From: Alistipes sp.
GTDB lineage: Bacteria > Bacteroidota > Bacteroidia > Bacteroidales > Rikenellaceae
Length of the DNA stretch: 64,000 bases
NCBI GenBank assembly: GCA_017630455.1
Contig: JAGBVG010000062.1
Span: forward strand, 24,578-88,577
Direction of reading: 5' to 3'
Shown here one piece after another: positions 9,098 through 19,648 of this stretch; position 1 is the first letter of the stretch; every line of letters begins with the position of its first letter. Position numbers and translations under genes: made by a program. Under the pieces are notes generated by a model. It made no database searches. It had not been told where the DNA came from and was given only the letters and a program-made list of their open reading frames with translations.

Positions 9098-10858
9098 CTA
9101 TCTTTCAGGCTTTATATCCTTAACTCTCAGCTGCTTAGAGACTGTGCCGCGATAGTGATTCTCAACAATCTGGTAGCACACCGAAATAGGCTTGCCACCG
9201 CGCACCCAGTCATAATGCGTAGGCTGCTGGAAAGCTATGGCAGGGATGGTCGTATGAGGCTTCTGACCCTGCATAAGATCCATACGCAGATGGTCACACT
9301 CCACACCCACAAGCTTAGCATCACCGCGGTTGCTCACGCCACGTGTCATAAACACAGGAGCGCTGTTTCCAGGGCCAAAAGGCTGGAAGCTATTGAGCTG
9401 GCGGTAGAACTCCTCGGTAATATCCGAGAAGAGCAACTCACTGTCGATATCTACCTGAGGCACAAGGATATTAGGGTCGATATTGCGCTCCACATAGTCG
9501 TTGAAACGCTTGGTGAACGCCTCGACATTCTCCTCCTTCATCGTGAGTCCCGCGGCATACATATGTCCTCCGAAATTCTCCAACAGGTCGGAGCAAGACT
9601 CCACAGCCTGATAGAGGTCGAAACCGGCAACCGAGCGCGCCGAACCCGTAACAAAGCCATTCGACTTGGTAAGCACAACAGTAGGACGATAATAGGTCTC
9701 GATAAGGCGCGACGCCACGATACCCACGATACCCTTCATCCACTGAGGATTGTATATCACGGTACTCTTAAGTGCCTTAATCTCAGGGTGTGACTCCACA
9801 AAGTCGTGAGCCTCCTGAGTGACGTTGCGGTCGATGCTCTTGCGGTCCTGGTTAAATGAGTCAATCACCTCACCAAACTTCGCCGCCTCCTGCTCGTTAC
9901 CCTCGATAAGAAGGCTCACGGCAGCGTGACCGCCCGAAGGCGCAGCATTCTCATCATCCTCGTCCATACGCATACGTCCTGCAGCGTTGATGCGAGGGCC
10001 AATCTTAAAGACGATATCGTCGATGGTGATGTTGTGACCCTGGAGGCCGCAAATCTTGATTATCGACAGCAATCCCTTAGATGGCTGAGAGTTGAGCTTG
10101 CGTAATCCGTAGTATGCCAAAATGCGGTTTTCGTCCACAAGTGGCACAATGTCTGAGGCGATGCTAACAACCAACAAATCAAGGAGATGCTCGATCTCCG
10201 AGAATGAGATGTTGTTGCGTCGTGCATAGGCCTCGACGAGTTTAAAACCAACGCCACAACCCGACAACTCATCGAAAGGATAGTTGCAGTCGTTGCGTTT
10301 GGGGTCCAATACAGCCACTGCCGCTGGAATCTCATCGGCAGGTAAGTGGTGGTCGCAGATGATGAAATCCACGCCTTTTTGTTTGGCATAGGCCACCTTC
10401 TCCACGGCTTTGATGCCGCAATCCAAAGCTATGACCAGCGTGACACCCTTGCGTACTGCGTGGTCGATGCTTCGAATCGATATGCCGTAACCGTCGACAT
10501 ATCGGTCGGGGATGTAAAATGTCAGGTTCTTATGTCCTATCTGGCTTAAGAACTTGTAAACCAGCGCCACGGCAGTGGTTCCGTCGACATCGTAGTCTCC
10601 GTAAATCATTACCTTTTCGCCAGCCTTCACTGCCTTCTCGATGCGCTCCACAGCCTTGTCCATATCCTTCATTAGGAAGGGATCGTGCAAGTCGCGTAAT
10701 GCAGGCGAGAAGAACTTTTTTGCTTTCTCCGCGGTGTCTATGCCCCTCTGAACCAGTAGGTTGGTCAACACCGTAGGCATACCAAGCTGCGCGGAGAGAG
10801 ACTCCACTGTAGCGTGATCGCCTTGTGGCTTGACAACCCATCTTTTCTCTATGGGCAT
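9098..10858 (-). CDS. recJ: Single-stranded-DNA exonuclease RecJ
   Basis: YGDYDVDG, DCG, CDHH, GPRINAAGR, GSARS, GGHMYAAG. Confidence 0.96.
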   Translation of the reverse strand: MPIEKRWVVKPQGDHATVESLSAQLGMPTVLTNLLVQRGIDTAEKAKKFFSPALRDLHDPFLMKDMDKAVERIEKAVKAGEKVMIYGDYDVDGTTAVALVYKFLSQIGHKNLTFYIPDRYVDGYGISIRSIDHAVRKGVTLVIALDCGIKAVEKVAYAKQKGVDFIICDHHLPADEIPAAVAVLDPKRNDCNYPFDELSGCGVGFKLVEAYARRNNISFSEIEHLLDLLVVSIASDIVPLVDENRILAYYGLRKLNSQPSKGLLSIIKICGLQGHNITIDDIVFKIGPRINAAGRMRMDEDDENAAPSGGHAAVSLLIEGNEQEAAKFGEVIDSFNQDRKSIDRNVTQEAHDFVESHPEIKALKSTVIYNPQWMKGIVGIVASRLIETYYRPTVVLTKSNGFVTGSARSVAGFDLYQAVESCSDLLENFGGHMYAAGLTMKEENVEAFTKRFNDYVERNIDPNILVPQVDIDSELLFSDITEEFYRQLNSFQPFGPGNSAPVFMTRGVSNRGDAKLVGVECDHLRMDLMQGQKPHTTIPAIAFQQPTHYDWVRGGKPISVCYQIVENHYRGTVSKQLRVKDIKPER

Positions 10859-10863
10859 AACGT

Positions 10864-11562
10864 TTATTTTTTATATTTAACATTTAAATTTTTCGTTAAG
10901 TAATTGATAAACTTGGGCTTTACCTCCTCCATCGTAACCTCACGGTTGCAGAGCGTCGAGAGTGAGCATACTCCGCGGTCGGTAAATCCACACGGATTGA
11001 TAAGCTCAAACCACTTGAGGTCGGTGCATACGTTCATAGCTAAGCCGTGCATCGTAACACTGTGGGATGCACGCACGCCGATGGCGCAAAGCTTGACAAG
11101 ACGTCGCTGGGGTGTTGTGACCCACACTCCCGAAGCCCCCTCCGAGCGGTGCGCCTCGATGCCATACTCGGCTGCGAGATCTATAACCGACTGCTCGAGT
11201 GCCTCTATATAACGACGAATTCCGAAGCCTATTGCCTCGAGGTCGATAATAGGATAGCAGACGAGCTGTCCAGGGCCGTGGAAGGTGATATCGCCACCAC
11301 GGTCGATGTGGAAGAACTCTGCACCGAGGCTCTTGAGATACTCCTCGGTAACAAGCATATTCTCCTGGTGGCCACTCTTGCCCAATGTATATACTGCGGG
11401 ATGCTCAACAATGAGTATAGTGCCGCGCGGCTCACCATCGGTGAGTCGTTTCTCGGCCTTCTTTTTACACAAAGCATCGAACAGCGTGCGCTGGAGATCC
11501 CAGCACTCGCCATAAGCCATATTGCCTAAGTCTCTGATTTCTACCTCTACTTCGTGTTGCAT
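10864..11562 (-). CDS. lipB: Octanoyltransferase LipB
   Basis: EHPAVYTLG, RGGDITFHGPGQLVCYP, KLCAIG, HGLAMN, INPCG. Confidence 0.95.
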   Translation of the reverse strand: MQHEVEVEIRDLGNMAYGECWDLQRTLFDALCKKKAEKRLTDGEPRGTILIVEHPAVYTLGKSGHQENMLVTEEYLKSLGAEFFHIDRGGDITFHGPGQLVCYPIIDLEAIGFGIRRYIEALEQSVIDLAAEYGIEAHRSEGASGVWVTTPQRRLVKLCAIGVRASHSVTMHGLAMNVCTDLKWFELINPCGFTDRGVCSLSTLCNREVTMEEVKPKFINYLTKNLNVKYKK

Positions 11563-12440
11563 ACCTTTCTCACTGCTTCAAGTGCGGCATCCGCCAAATA
11601 TGAGGAACGCACAAGGGGTGCGCTCGCACAATATGCGAAACCCATCTCGAGAGCCTTGAGTCGGTATTCTTCGAATTTTTCGGGAGTGATATACGCCTTT
11701 ACGGGGTAGTGCTCCTTAGTTGGTCGAAGGTATTGGCCAAGCGTGACAATAGATACACCCACCTCGCGCAAGTCGCGCAAGGTTTGGAGTATCTCCTCCT
11801 CGCTCTCGCCAAGACCGACCATCAGGCCGCTCTTAGCCACCGCACCACTCTCGGCTATAAGCCTCAAGGTCTCCAACGACGTGCGATACTTCGCACGCGA
11901 ACGCACCTCGGGTGTCAGTCGCTCGACGGTTTCGATGTTGTGTCCCACGATGTCGGGACGCGATGCCAACACCACATCAATTAACTCAGGGCGGGCATCC
12001 ATATCGGAAATAAGGAGCTCGATTGTAGATTCGGGATTTTCGCGGCGTACAGCCTCTACGGTCTTTGCCCATATTGCTGCACCGTGATCAGGGAGATCGT
12101 CGCGCGTTACCGCCGTAATAACAACGTGTTTAAGGCCCATTAGTCGTACACTCTCGGCCACCTTTTCAGGCTCCTGCTCATCGGGTGGCAGGGGGCGTCC
12201 TGTGGTGGTGGCACAGAAGCGACAGTTGCGAGTACAGATATCGCCAAGGATCATAAAAGTTGCGGTACGACGGCTCCAACACTCAGCTTTATTAGGACAC
12301 ATACCACTTGTGCAAATGGTATGCAAACATCGCCCCTCGACGATATGTTCCACGTCAGCGGTGTTAGCCGTACTTCGCAAGCTGATTTTCAGCCATTCGG
12401 GCTTTCTTAGATACTCTTCACGTTCTGGTACCTTCGACAT
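11547..12440 (-). CDS. lipA: Lipoyl synthase LipA (radical SAM)
   Basis: CX4CX5C and CTRNCRFC motifs, KSGLMVGLGE, GQYLRP, RSSY; start 12440 preferred. Confidence 0.96.
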   Translation of the reverse strand: MSKVPEREEYLRKPEWLKISLRSTANTADVEHIVEGRCLHTICTSGMCPNKAECWSRRTATFMILGDICTRNCRFCATTTGRPLPPDEQEPEKVAESVRLMGLKHVVITAVTRDDLPDHGAAIWAKTVEAVRRENPESTIELLISDMDARPELIDVVLASRPDIVGHNIETVERLTPEVRSRAKYRTSLETLRLIAESGAVAKSGLMVGLGESEEEILQTLRDLREVGVSIVTLGQYLRPTKEHYPVKAYITPEKFEEYRLKALEMGFAYCASAPLVRSSYLADAALEAVRKVCNTK

Positions 12441-12540
12441 TTTAAGTTCACTTTTTTCCAATTGATGCAAAAGTACAAAAAAATTCAACAACTGCAAATT
12501 TTTTGGCGAAAAAAGTAGAATGTGACCAAAACATATAAGA

Positions 12541-12570
12541 AAAGAGACCGACCCGAAAGTCAGTCTCCAT
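12541..12570 (-). terminator. Intrinsic terminator after the MFS gene
   Basis: Minus strand GAGACTGACTTTCGGGTCGGTCTCTTTT. Confidence 0.65.
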
Positions 12571-12597
12571 TCGAAAATTATAGACCGTGTGAATCCG

Positions 12598-13890
12598 TTA
12601 CTCTGTAACGATATCCTTGTTCACGTTCTTAGAACCTACCAACGCATAGAAGAGCAGGTATGCGAGGCCAGCCACGATAACCCAGTAGCTGAAGAGGTAG
12701 TCGCCGTTTGTTGCATCCACAACGAAGTTCTGAACGAGTGGAAGGATACCACCACCGCAAACCAAAGCCATAAAGATACCCGAAGCCTTCTCGGTGTACT
12801 TACCAAGACCCTCGACAGCGAGGTTGAAGATGCCACCCCACATAACCGATGTACAGAGGCCACAGAGAACCAACAACGCGGCGTTGACAGGAACATTTGC
12901 CAAGCCGAAGCCCTCAGTACCCTTGAATACTGGCATATTGAGAGTGTTTGCTGGGTCGAGGAACATAGCGCCAAGAACCAAGACGAGGCCAAGAATTGAC
13001 ACTGCTGAGAGCATACTCTTTGCTGAAACCTTCGCACCAAGAGCTGCGCCAAGCAGACGACCGAAGAACATTAGCAACCAGTAAGTTGCAGCGACAGTAG
13101 AGGCGATACCCTCAGCACCCGCCTCGACGTTAAGGCCGCCATTCTGCAACCACTTCTGTAACACGTTAGGAATACCTACCTCAACGCCCACATAGATGAA
13201 GATTGCGATAGCACCGAGCATAAAGTGGCGGAATGACATAGGGCCAATCTCCGACTTCTTCTCCTCCTTTACAACCTCGCTCTTAGTCTCTGGGATCTCA
13301 GTGAAGAGGATAACCACAAACGCAGCTGCGAAGATCGCCAAAGCGATGAACATCAATGGGAATACCTGCTCGATCTTTGCATCAACGATGCTTGGCACAA
13401 AGACGCCCGAGAGGAAGATAACGGCAGTACCCATCAACGAGTTGAACGAACCACCTACCTGAAGGAGCTGGTTACCGCGGTTACCACCACCTGCGAGCTT
13501 GTTCAACATAGGGTTAACAACGATGTTGAGCATACACATTGAGAAACCTGCGATGAACGCACCTAACAAGTATACGCCAAATGCGAGATTGCCGTTGAGA
13601 AGACCTGCAATAGTCTGAACACCAACGCCGATGAAGCCTACAGATACGGCTGCAAGGGCGGTGAATTTATAGCCACGCTTCTGGAGAAGGTTACCCGCAG
13701 GGATACCCATAACGGCGTATGCGATGAAGTTTGCAAATACACCGAGTGTACCCATCCAGTTTGCAACATCAAACTGATTCTTAAGCACATCACCCATAGG
13801 CGATGCGAGGTTGGTTACGAACGAGATCATTCCGAAGAGGAGAATCATCACGATGATAGCCAAAGTGTAATTTTTCTTTCCTGTACTCAT
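12598..13890 (-). CDS. MFS sugar transporter, FucP/GluP family
   Basis: About 12 hydrophobic segments; VVNP, SFNSL, IFIYVGVEV, SVMWGGIF..A..GLG, GGGILP. Confidence 0.88.
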   Translation of the reverse strand: MSTGKKNYTLAIIVMILLFGMISFVTNLASPMGDVLKNQFDVANWMGTLGVFANFIAYAVMGIPAGNLLQKRGYKFTALAAVSVGFIGVGVQTIAGLLNGNLAFGVYLLGAFIAGFSMCMLNIVVNPMLNKLAGGGNRGNQLLQVGGSFNSLMGTAVIFLSGVFVPSIVDAKIEQVFPLMFIALAIFAAAFVVILFTEIPETKSEVVKEEKKSEIGPMSFRHFMLGAIAIFIYVGVEVGIPNVLQKWLQNGGLNVEAGAEGIASTVAATYWLLMFFGRLLGAALGAKVSAKSMLSAVSILGLVLVLGAMFLDPANTLNMPVFKGTEGFGLANVPVNAALLVLCGLCTSVMWGGIFNLAVEGLGKYTEKASGIFMALVCGGGILPLVQNFVVDATNGDYLFSYWVIVAGLAYLLFYALVGSKNVNKDIVTE

Positions 13891-13935
13891 TTGATTTTTA
13901 GGTATTTAGTAATTAAAATTTGCTTGGTTAACAGT

Positions 13936-14952
13936 CTACATATCGCGCTCGGCAATGAACGTACATAGGTTGATAAGCGACCTGCGGAACGGAGTGTCGT
14001 CATACTTGTGTATGAGGTGCATTGCTCGTGTCAGATAGGACTTTAACACCTCCGATGCTGCCTCCAAACCTCCGCCATCGACAACAATATTATGAAGCTT
14101 ATTGAGTGCCTCCTCATCCTCATCGGCGCGGCGCAAGAGCTCCTTCATCTCCTGACGCTCCTGCTCCGAAGCACGCTCCATAACCTCGATCATCGGCAGG
14201 GTTATCTTATGCTCACGGAGGTCGTTGTTCGCCGGCTTACCCGTGTTGTTATCGCGCTTATAGTCGAGGATATCATCCTGAATCTGGAATGCAATACCTA
14301 TGGCCTCGCCAAACTTCTGCATACGCTCCACATCGCCACGATTAGCACCCGCAGACATAGCTCCGAGAGCCGCACTCACACCAAGCAGACTTGCTGTCTT
14401 GCGATAGATAATCTCGAAGTAGTCATCGCGTGTAGTGTCGTATTTATCAGCGTGTTGACTCTGCAGCACCTCACCCTCACACAGCGTGGCCATAGCCGAG
14501 CCGATGTGCGAAATAAGGTCGTACTGCGCCGATGCCATACCGAGCGCCATTGTACGTGCAAGGATGTAGTCGCCGAGGATTATGGCCATATTGCTCTGCC
14601 ACTTGGCATTGACCGAGGGCTTGCCGCGACGCTCGTCTGCTGAGTCGAGAACATCGTCGTGAATAAGCGATGCGGTGTGTATCATCTCCACGAGCATCGC
14701 AGCGAGATATGTTCGCTTTGTGCAGTGCTGTGTCTCGCCGCTGATCTCACCCTCGCGAATGGCGTTAGGGTTGTGCATCGATGCGATAAGTAGTGTCAAT
14801 ATCGGGCGTATGCCCTTGCCACGTGATGAGAGTGCATAGGTCAGCATCTCCTGAAGTAGCTCGCCCTCAGCCGAGAAGTTTTCGGCGATAAAAGCATCGA
14901 AAGCCTCCAGGTCTTTAAGTATAGGTTTGCGTATGTCGTTAATTGATATCAT
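13936..14952 (-). CDS. Polyprenyl diphosphate synthase (IspB-like)
   Basis: GKGIRP, HDDVLD..RRG, GDY, FQIQDDILD. Confidence 0.92.
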   Translation of the reverse strand: MISINDIRKPILKDLEAFDAFIAENFSAEGELLQEMLTYALSSRGKGIRPILTLLIASMHNPNAIREGEISGETQHCTKRTYLAAMLVEMIHTASLIHDDVLDSADERRGKPSVNAKWQSNMAIILGDYILARTMALGMASAQYDLISHIGSAMATLCEGEVLQSQHADKYDTTRDDYFEIIYRKTASLLGVSAALGAMSAGANRGDVERMQKFGEAIGIAFQIQDDILDYKRDNNTGKPANNDLREHKITLPMIEVMERASEQERQEMKELLRRADEDEEALNKLHNIVVDGGGLEAASEVLKSYLTRAMHLIHKYDDTPFRRSLINLCTFIAERDM

Positions 14953-15089
14953 ACGGTTGTAAAGTTTTCAATTAGGCAAAGATAACGATTTTTTGTCAAC
15001 TTATGGTATGTTGTGTGAAAAATTGAGAACGAAGCGGTATTTTCGTAAATTTTTATTAACTTTGCCCGATTAATCTTTTTTATTAAGGT

Positions 15090-17693
15090 ATGGAGGAGAG
15101 AAACGTATCAAGCAGAGTCCCTGCGCAGGGAGTTTTGAAGGTGGTTTATAGTATTGCTCCCTGGTTGGTGGGTGCTCTGTTGTTCTTTGTTGTGTGCTAC
15201 CATTTCTATGCTCCGCAGTTTGACGGCAAGTCTCTCTCTCAGGGCGACATAGCCCAGTACGCCGGAATGTCGAAGGATATCAAGGAGCATCGCAAAGCTA
15301 CGGGCAAAGATCCTCAGTGGACGGGAAATATGTTCTCGGGAATGCCAGCATACCTTATCGACATCGAGTATCCCGAGCAATATGTTAAGCAGGCAGCATC
15401 GCCACTTATCAAGAGCCTCGATGGCCCTATGAATATGACCCTATGGGCTATGGTGTTGATGATGGTTGCCGTGGTGCTTATGGGCGTAAATCCGTGGCTG
15501 GGCATCATCGCAGCTCTTGCATACGGTCTCTCGACATACTTCTTCCTCATTATCGACGCAGGACATATCACCAAGATGTGGGCTTTGGTCTACGCGCCGC
15601 CACTCGTGGGTGCTGTGTGGTATGCGCTACGCCGCAATATCTGGATTGGCGCAGCTCTTGCCGCTCTGTTCGGATCGTTGGAGCTGGGTGCGAACCATCC
15701 ACAAATCACATACTACTTCCTGCTTGCCTGTGTCTCATTGTGGCTCTGCCAGTTCGTCGTGGCGTGGCGCGAGAAGGCTCTCAAGACATTCGGACTCCGC
15801 ACCGCGGTATTAGCATTGGCAGCACTGCTCGCCGTAGGCTCAAACATAGCACCTCTGTGGTACACCGTCGAACATCAGAAGTATACCACACGTGGCAGCA
15901 GCGAGGCCACCTCGGAGGAGGATTCGCGCCAAAGCCGCATAGGATATAACACCGCCTGGAGCTACGGCATTGCAGAGAGCTTCAATATGCTGGTGCCAAA
16001 CTATATGGGCAGCTGGTCGGGAGACTTCAATATGGAGGCTGCGGAGATTCTCCAGAGCCCCAGCGCGCAGAATGCCCTGTTCAACATCTCGGTCGATAAG
16101 TTTACCGAGGAGCTGTCGAAGGATTATCCCGGAGTGCGCCGCGCGGATGTCTTGACACTTTTAGAAGCGGAGGACGAGGGGTGCATCGCGGGTGTAGAGG
16201 CTATCTACGACAGCTATGCTCGCAAGGCGTGGAACTACACCTCGAACTACTGGGGCGATCAACCCTATACCGCAGGTCCTACCTATCTCGGTGCTGCGGT
16301 GATACTACTCGCCATACTTGGGCTTATGCTTCTTCAGCATCGCGAGGTGGTGTGGATTGTCGCAGTGTCACTCTTTGCTCTGCTTTTGGCGTGGGGTGCA
16401 AATGTTATGGGCTTCTACGAACTGATGTACGACATCTTGCCTGGCTATAGCAGCTTCCGCACGGTGTCTATGGCATTGGTGGTTGTGGAGTGGTCGATAC
16501 CGCTACTTGCAGTTATGGCTCTGTGCGCACTGATAAAGAGCGATCTTTCGGCTAAGATATTGCTTCGCAAGGTGGCTATCGCCGTAGGTATTATCGTGGC
16601 GATGGTTGTGGCGATGGTGATAGTAGCAGATTACGGCATCGAGAATATATATGCCGAATTGGGAGATAAGTTGTGGGTGGAGCAGCTGCGCGAGGCGGTA
16701 TACAACTCTCGTCACGCGGCTCTTGTTGCCGATGTTTGCCGCTCGATGATTATCGTGGTCATCACAGCAGCTATCGTGGCGGTCTATGTCATACTTCGCG
16801 AGAAGTGGCAGACTCAGGGACGCCCTACAAAGATACTTACGGCGATCACTATGGTGGCAGTGGGTATTATCATCGTGTGGGATCTTGCGGGCGTTGCGGA
16901 GCGATACCTCGGCGAGGATAAGTGGCTCGACAAGGCTCCAACGGAGCTTATGCCTACCGAGGCAGATAAGCAGATCCTCGAGGATAAGGAGCTTGGATTC
17001 AGAGTCCTCGACCTAAATGGCGATCCATTCACCAGTGCGCGTGCATCATATTTCCATCGCTCGGTGGGTGGTTATCACGGCGCCAAGCTCGGAAGATATC
17101 AGGATGTTATAGACCGCTATTTGAATCATTACGATGAGCAGATGTTGGCGGCACTCAACACGCGCTATGTACTTTACGATGGCGAGGCTCTGCCTGTGGA
17201 GTATCTCACAGGTGTTGAGCCATATGGCGCTGCGTGGTTCGTAGGCGAGGTGGCGAGGTGCGAGACTACACAAATGGAGTTGCAGAGAATCGGCGAGGTT
17301 GATTTGCGCAATGTGGCTGTTGTGAGCTGCCGCGAGGAGGGTCTGAGCGATTATTATGATACCTCGGGAGCTATCGAACTGGTGGAGTATGCGCCAAACA
17401 GATTGAGATACGACTACACGGCACCAGAGGAGGCTTTGGCGGTATTCTCGGAGGTCTACTTCCCAGAGGGTTGGAGCGTCACCATCGATGGCGAGCCAGC
17501 GGAGTATTTCGCAGCAGATTATGTGCTTCGCGGTATGGTACTTCCAACGGGAGAGCATAGTGTGGTGTGGAGCTTCGAGGCTCCGCGATGGGGTCTTATA
17601 TCTACGATAATGGCAATATCGGCCGTGGCAATATTATTAGCTCTTGTGGCCGTTGCACTACTTTATAAACGATTGGAGAAATATGGCAAGTAA
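15090..17693 (+). CDS. YfhO-family polytopic membrane protein (GT-C-like)
   Basis: WTGNMFSGMPAY, NHPQITYY, YWGDQPYTAGP.Y, GGYHGAKL.RY, FSEVYFP.GW. Confidence 0.85.
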   Translation: MEERNVSSRVPAQGVLKVVYSIAPWLVGALLFFVVCYHFYAPQFDGKSLSQGDIAQYAGMSKDIKEHRKATGKDPQWTGNMFSGMPAYLIDIEYPEQYVKQAASPLIKSLDGPMNMTLWAMVLMMVAVVLMGVNPWLGIIAALAYGLSTYFFLIIDAGHITKMWALVYAPPLVGAVWYALRRNIWIGAALAALFGSLELGANHPQITYYFLLACVSLWLCQFVVAWREKALKTFGLRTAVLALAALLAVGSNIAPLWYTVEHQKYTTRGSSEATSEEDSRQSRIGYNTAWSYGIAESFNMLVPNYMGSWSGDFNMEAAEILQSPSAQNALFNISVDKFTEELSKDYPGVRRADVLTLLEAEDEGCIAGVEAIYDSYARKAWNYTSNYWGDQPYTAGPTYLGAAVILLAILGLMLLQHREVVWIVAVSLFALLLAWGANVMGFYELMYDILPGYSSFRTVSMALVVVEWSIPLLAVMALCALIKSDLSAKILLRKVAIAVGIIVAMVVAMVIVADYGIENIYAELGDKLWVEQLREAVYNSRHAALVADVCRSMIIVVITAAIVAVYVILREKWQTQGRPTKILTAITMVAVGIIIVWDLAGVAERYLGEDKWLDKAPTELMPTEADKQILEDKELGFRVLDLNGDPFTSARASYFHRSVGGYHGAKLGRYQDVIDRYLNHYDEQMLAALNTRYVLYDGEALPVEYLTGVEPYGAAWFVGEVARCETTQMELQRIGEVDLRNVAVVSCREEGLSDYYDTSGAIELVEYAPNRLRYDYTAPEEALAVFSEVYFPEGWSVTIDGEPAEYFAADYVLRGMVLPTGEHSVVWSFEAPRWGLISTIMAISAVAILLALVAVALLYKRLEKYGK

Positions 17694-18570
17694 GGAACAG
17701 AAGATAAGACGCAACGTGCGTCGCTCGTATGTAATCTCTACTGCGAGTATTACCCTTGTACTCTTTATGCTCGGCGTGGTGTCGTATGTGACGCTCTCGA
17801 TGCTCGCCACGGCAACACGTCTCAAGGAGAGTGTCGTGGTGTCGGTAGAGCTCGGACCGCAGATGGGCGACGAGGCGCGTGTGCTGCTCCTCGAAAAGAT
17901 CGAGACATCGGGAATGTGCAGCAGCGTGGAGTTTATGGATAGGGATGCGAAGCTGCAGGATGAGACCTTCCGCAAGCAGTTTCAGGTGGACCTCGATATG
18001 CTCCTCGGCGAGAACCCGCTGCGCGATAGCTACGAGGTTACCCTCACTCAGGAGTGCTCTACGAAGGAGAGTGTCGAGGAGTTTGTGGCGGAGATCAGAG
18101 ACTTTGAGGGGGTGGAGTATGTCGCAGTGCCCCCCGTGGAGATTGTCGAGAGTATGCACGCCACAATCCGCCATATCACCATCGGCCTGATCATCTTTCT
18201 CGGGGTGTTACTCCTGATATCGGTGTTGCTTCTCAATAACACCATACGCCTGGCCATCTACTCCAAGCGTTACCTCATCAACACTATGAAGCTGGTGGGT
18301 GCAACGAAGTGGTATATTATGCGTCCGCTCCTCGGCAGTGCCCTGAAGCAGGGCTTGGTGGCGGGTGTCATAGCTTCGCTGATGATATGCGTGATGGTTT
18401 ATGGCGCCGAGAGTTATACCATCGAGGGTATCAAGATGCTCGACTACCGCGAGGTGGGCATCATTATTGGTGCTGTGGTCGCGCTGGGTGTAGTCATCAC
18501 GCTTCTGTTCAGCGCATTTGCCGTGAATAAGTTTGTAAATATGAAGTCAAATAAAATACATCTATACTAA
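17683..18570 (+). CDS. ftsX: Cell division permease FtsX
   Basis: LGENPL, NNTIRLAIYSKRYLINTMKLVGAT; start MASKEQK at 17683. Confidence 0.9.
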   Translation: MASKEQKIRRNVRRSYVISTASITLVLFMLGVVSYVTLSMLATATRLKESVVVSVELGPQMGDEARVLLLEKIETSGMCSSVEFMDRDAKLQDETFRKQFQVDLDMLLGENPLRDSYEVTLTQECSTKESVEEFVAEIRDFEGVEYVAVPPVEIVESMHATIRHITIGLIIFLGVLLLISVLLLNNTIRLAIYSKRYLINTMKLVGATKWYIMRPLLGSALKQGLVAGVIASLMICVMVYGAESYTIEGIKMLDYREVGIIIGAVVALGVVITLLFSAFAVNKFVNMKSNKIHLY

Positions 18571-18574
18571 GACT

Positions 18575-18835
18575 ATGGAGAATAGAGATAATAAGATGGA
18601 GGAGGGTCGTATGCCATTTACTACGAAGAACTACGTTATGATGCTCATCGGAGTGTTGGTCATAGCTCTCGGTTTTGTGCTTATGTCGGGTGGTGGCGCG
18701 CATACTGCCACGGAGTTTGATGAGTCGATATTCTCGTTTCGCCGCATCACACTCGCCCCTGTGGTTGTCATCGCAGGTTTTGTCGTTGTGGGCGTGGCGA
18801 TTATGAAGCGTTTTAAAACCTCAGACAAGGAGTAG
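18575..18835 (+). CDS. DUF3098 family small membrane protein
   Basis: KNY..M.IG, LMSGGG, IFSFRRITLAP; usual position between ftsX and uppP. Confidence 0.85.
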   Translation: MENRDNKMEEGRMPFTTKNYVMMLIGVLVIALGFVLMSGGGAHTATEFDESIFSFRRITLAPVVVIAGFVVVGVAIMKRFKTSDKE

Positions 18836-18837
18836 CA

Positions 18838-19632
18838 ATGGGCGTATTGGAGGCAATAATATTGGGTATTGTGCAGGGTCTCACGGAGTTTCTGCCTGTA
18901 TCGAGCAGCGGACATCTTCAGCTCGCGAAGGAGCTTCTCGGAGTGGAACTTGAGAACAACCTCACCTTCGATGTTATGCTTCACGCCGCAACGGTGCTTA
19001 GCACCATCGTTGTGCTGTGGGGTGAGGTGTGGTGGCTCGTGAAGGGTCTCTTCGCACGCGGTATGAACGACGAGAAACGCTACTTCCTCAAGTTGGTGAT
19101 CTCGATGATTCCTGTGGGTATTGTCGGTTTTCTGTTGCGCGATAAGATGGATGCTATGCTTGCATCGCAATATATAATGGTGATTGTGGGTGCGATGCTG
19201 CTCCTCACCGCTGCGCTGCTGAGCTTTGCATACTATGCCCGTCCGCGACAGCGTGATACAATCTCCTATCGCGACGCCTTTATCATCGGCCTTAGCCAAG
19301 CTGTGGCTACAATGCCAGGTCTCTCGCGCTCGGGTACTACGATTGCCACAGGTCTGCTGCTGGGCAACCAGAAGGGTGCTGTAGCAACATTCTCGTTTTT
19401 GATGGTGCTCGCTCCGATCCTCGGACAGACGCTCCTCGATGTTGTGGATGGTGGTTTTGCCATTACTGGAATCAGCGTTGAGGCTCTTGTTGCAGGCTTC
19501 GTCGCGGCGTTTGTTGTGGGATGCTTGGCGTGCCGCTTTATGATCGGCGTTGTCAAGCGCGGCAAGCTTATATGGTTCGCTGCGTACTGCGCCATAGTAG
19601 GCGTTATAGCTATAGGAACATACATTTTTTAA
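18838..19632 (+). CDS. uppP: Undecaprenyl-diphosphate phosphatase
   Basis: LGIVQGLTEFLPVSSSGH, PGLSRSGTT. Confidence 0.96.
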   Translation: MGVLEAIILGIVQGLTEFLPVSSSGHLQLAKELLGVELENNLTFDVMLHAATVLSTIVVLWGEVWWLVKGLFARGMNDEKRYFLKLVISMIPVGIVGFLLRDKMDAMLASQYIMVIVGAMLLLTAALLSFAYYARPRQRDTISYRDAFIIGLSQAVATMPGLSRSGTTIATGLLLGNQKGAVATFSFLMVLAPILGQTLLDVVDGGFAITGISVEALVAGFVAAFVVGCLACRFMIGVVKRGKLIWFAAYCAIVGVIAIGTYIF

Positions 19633-19648
19633 CCTTATATATAAATAA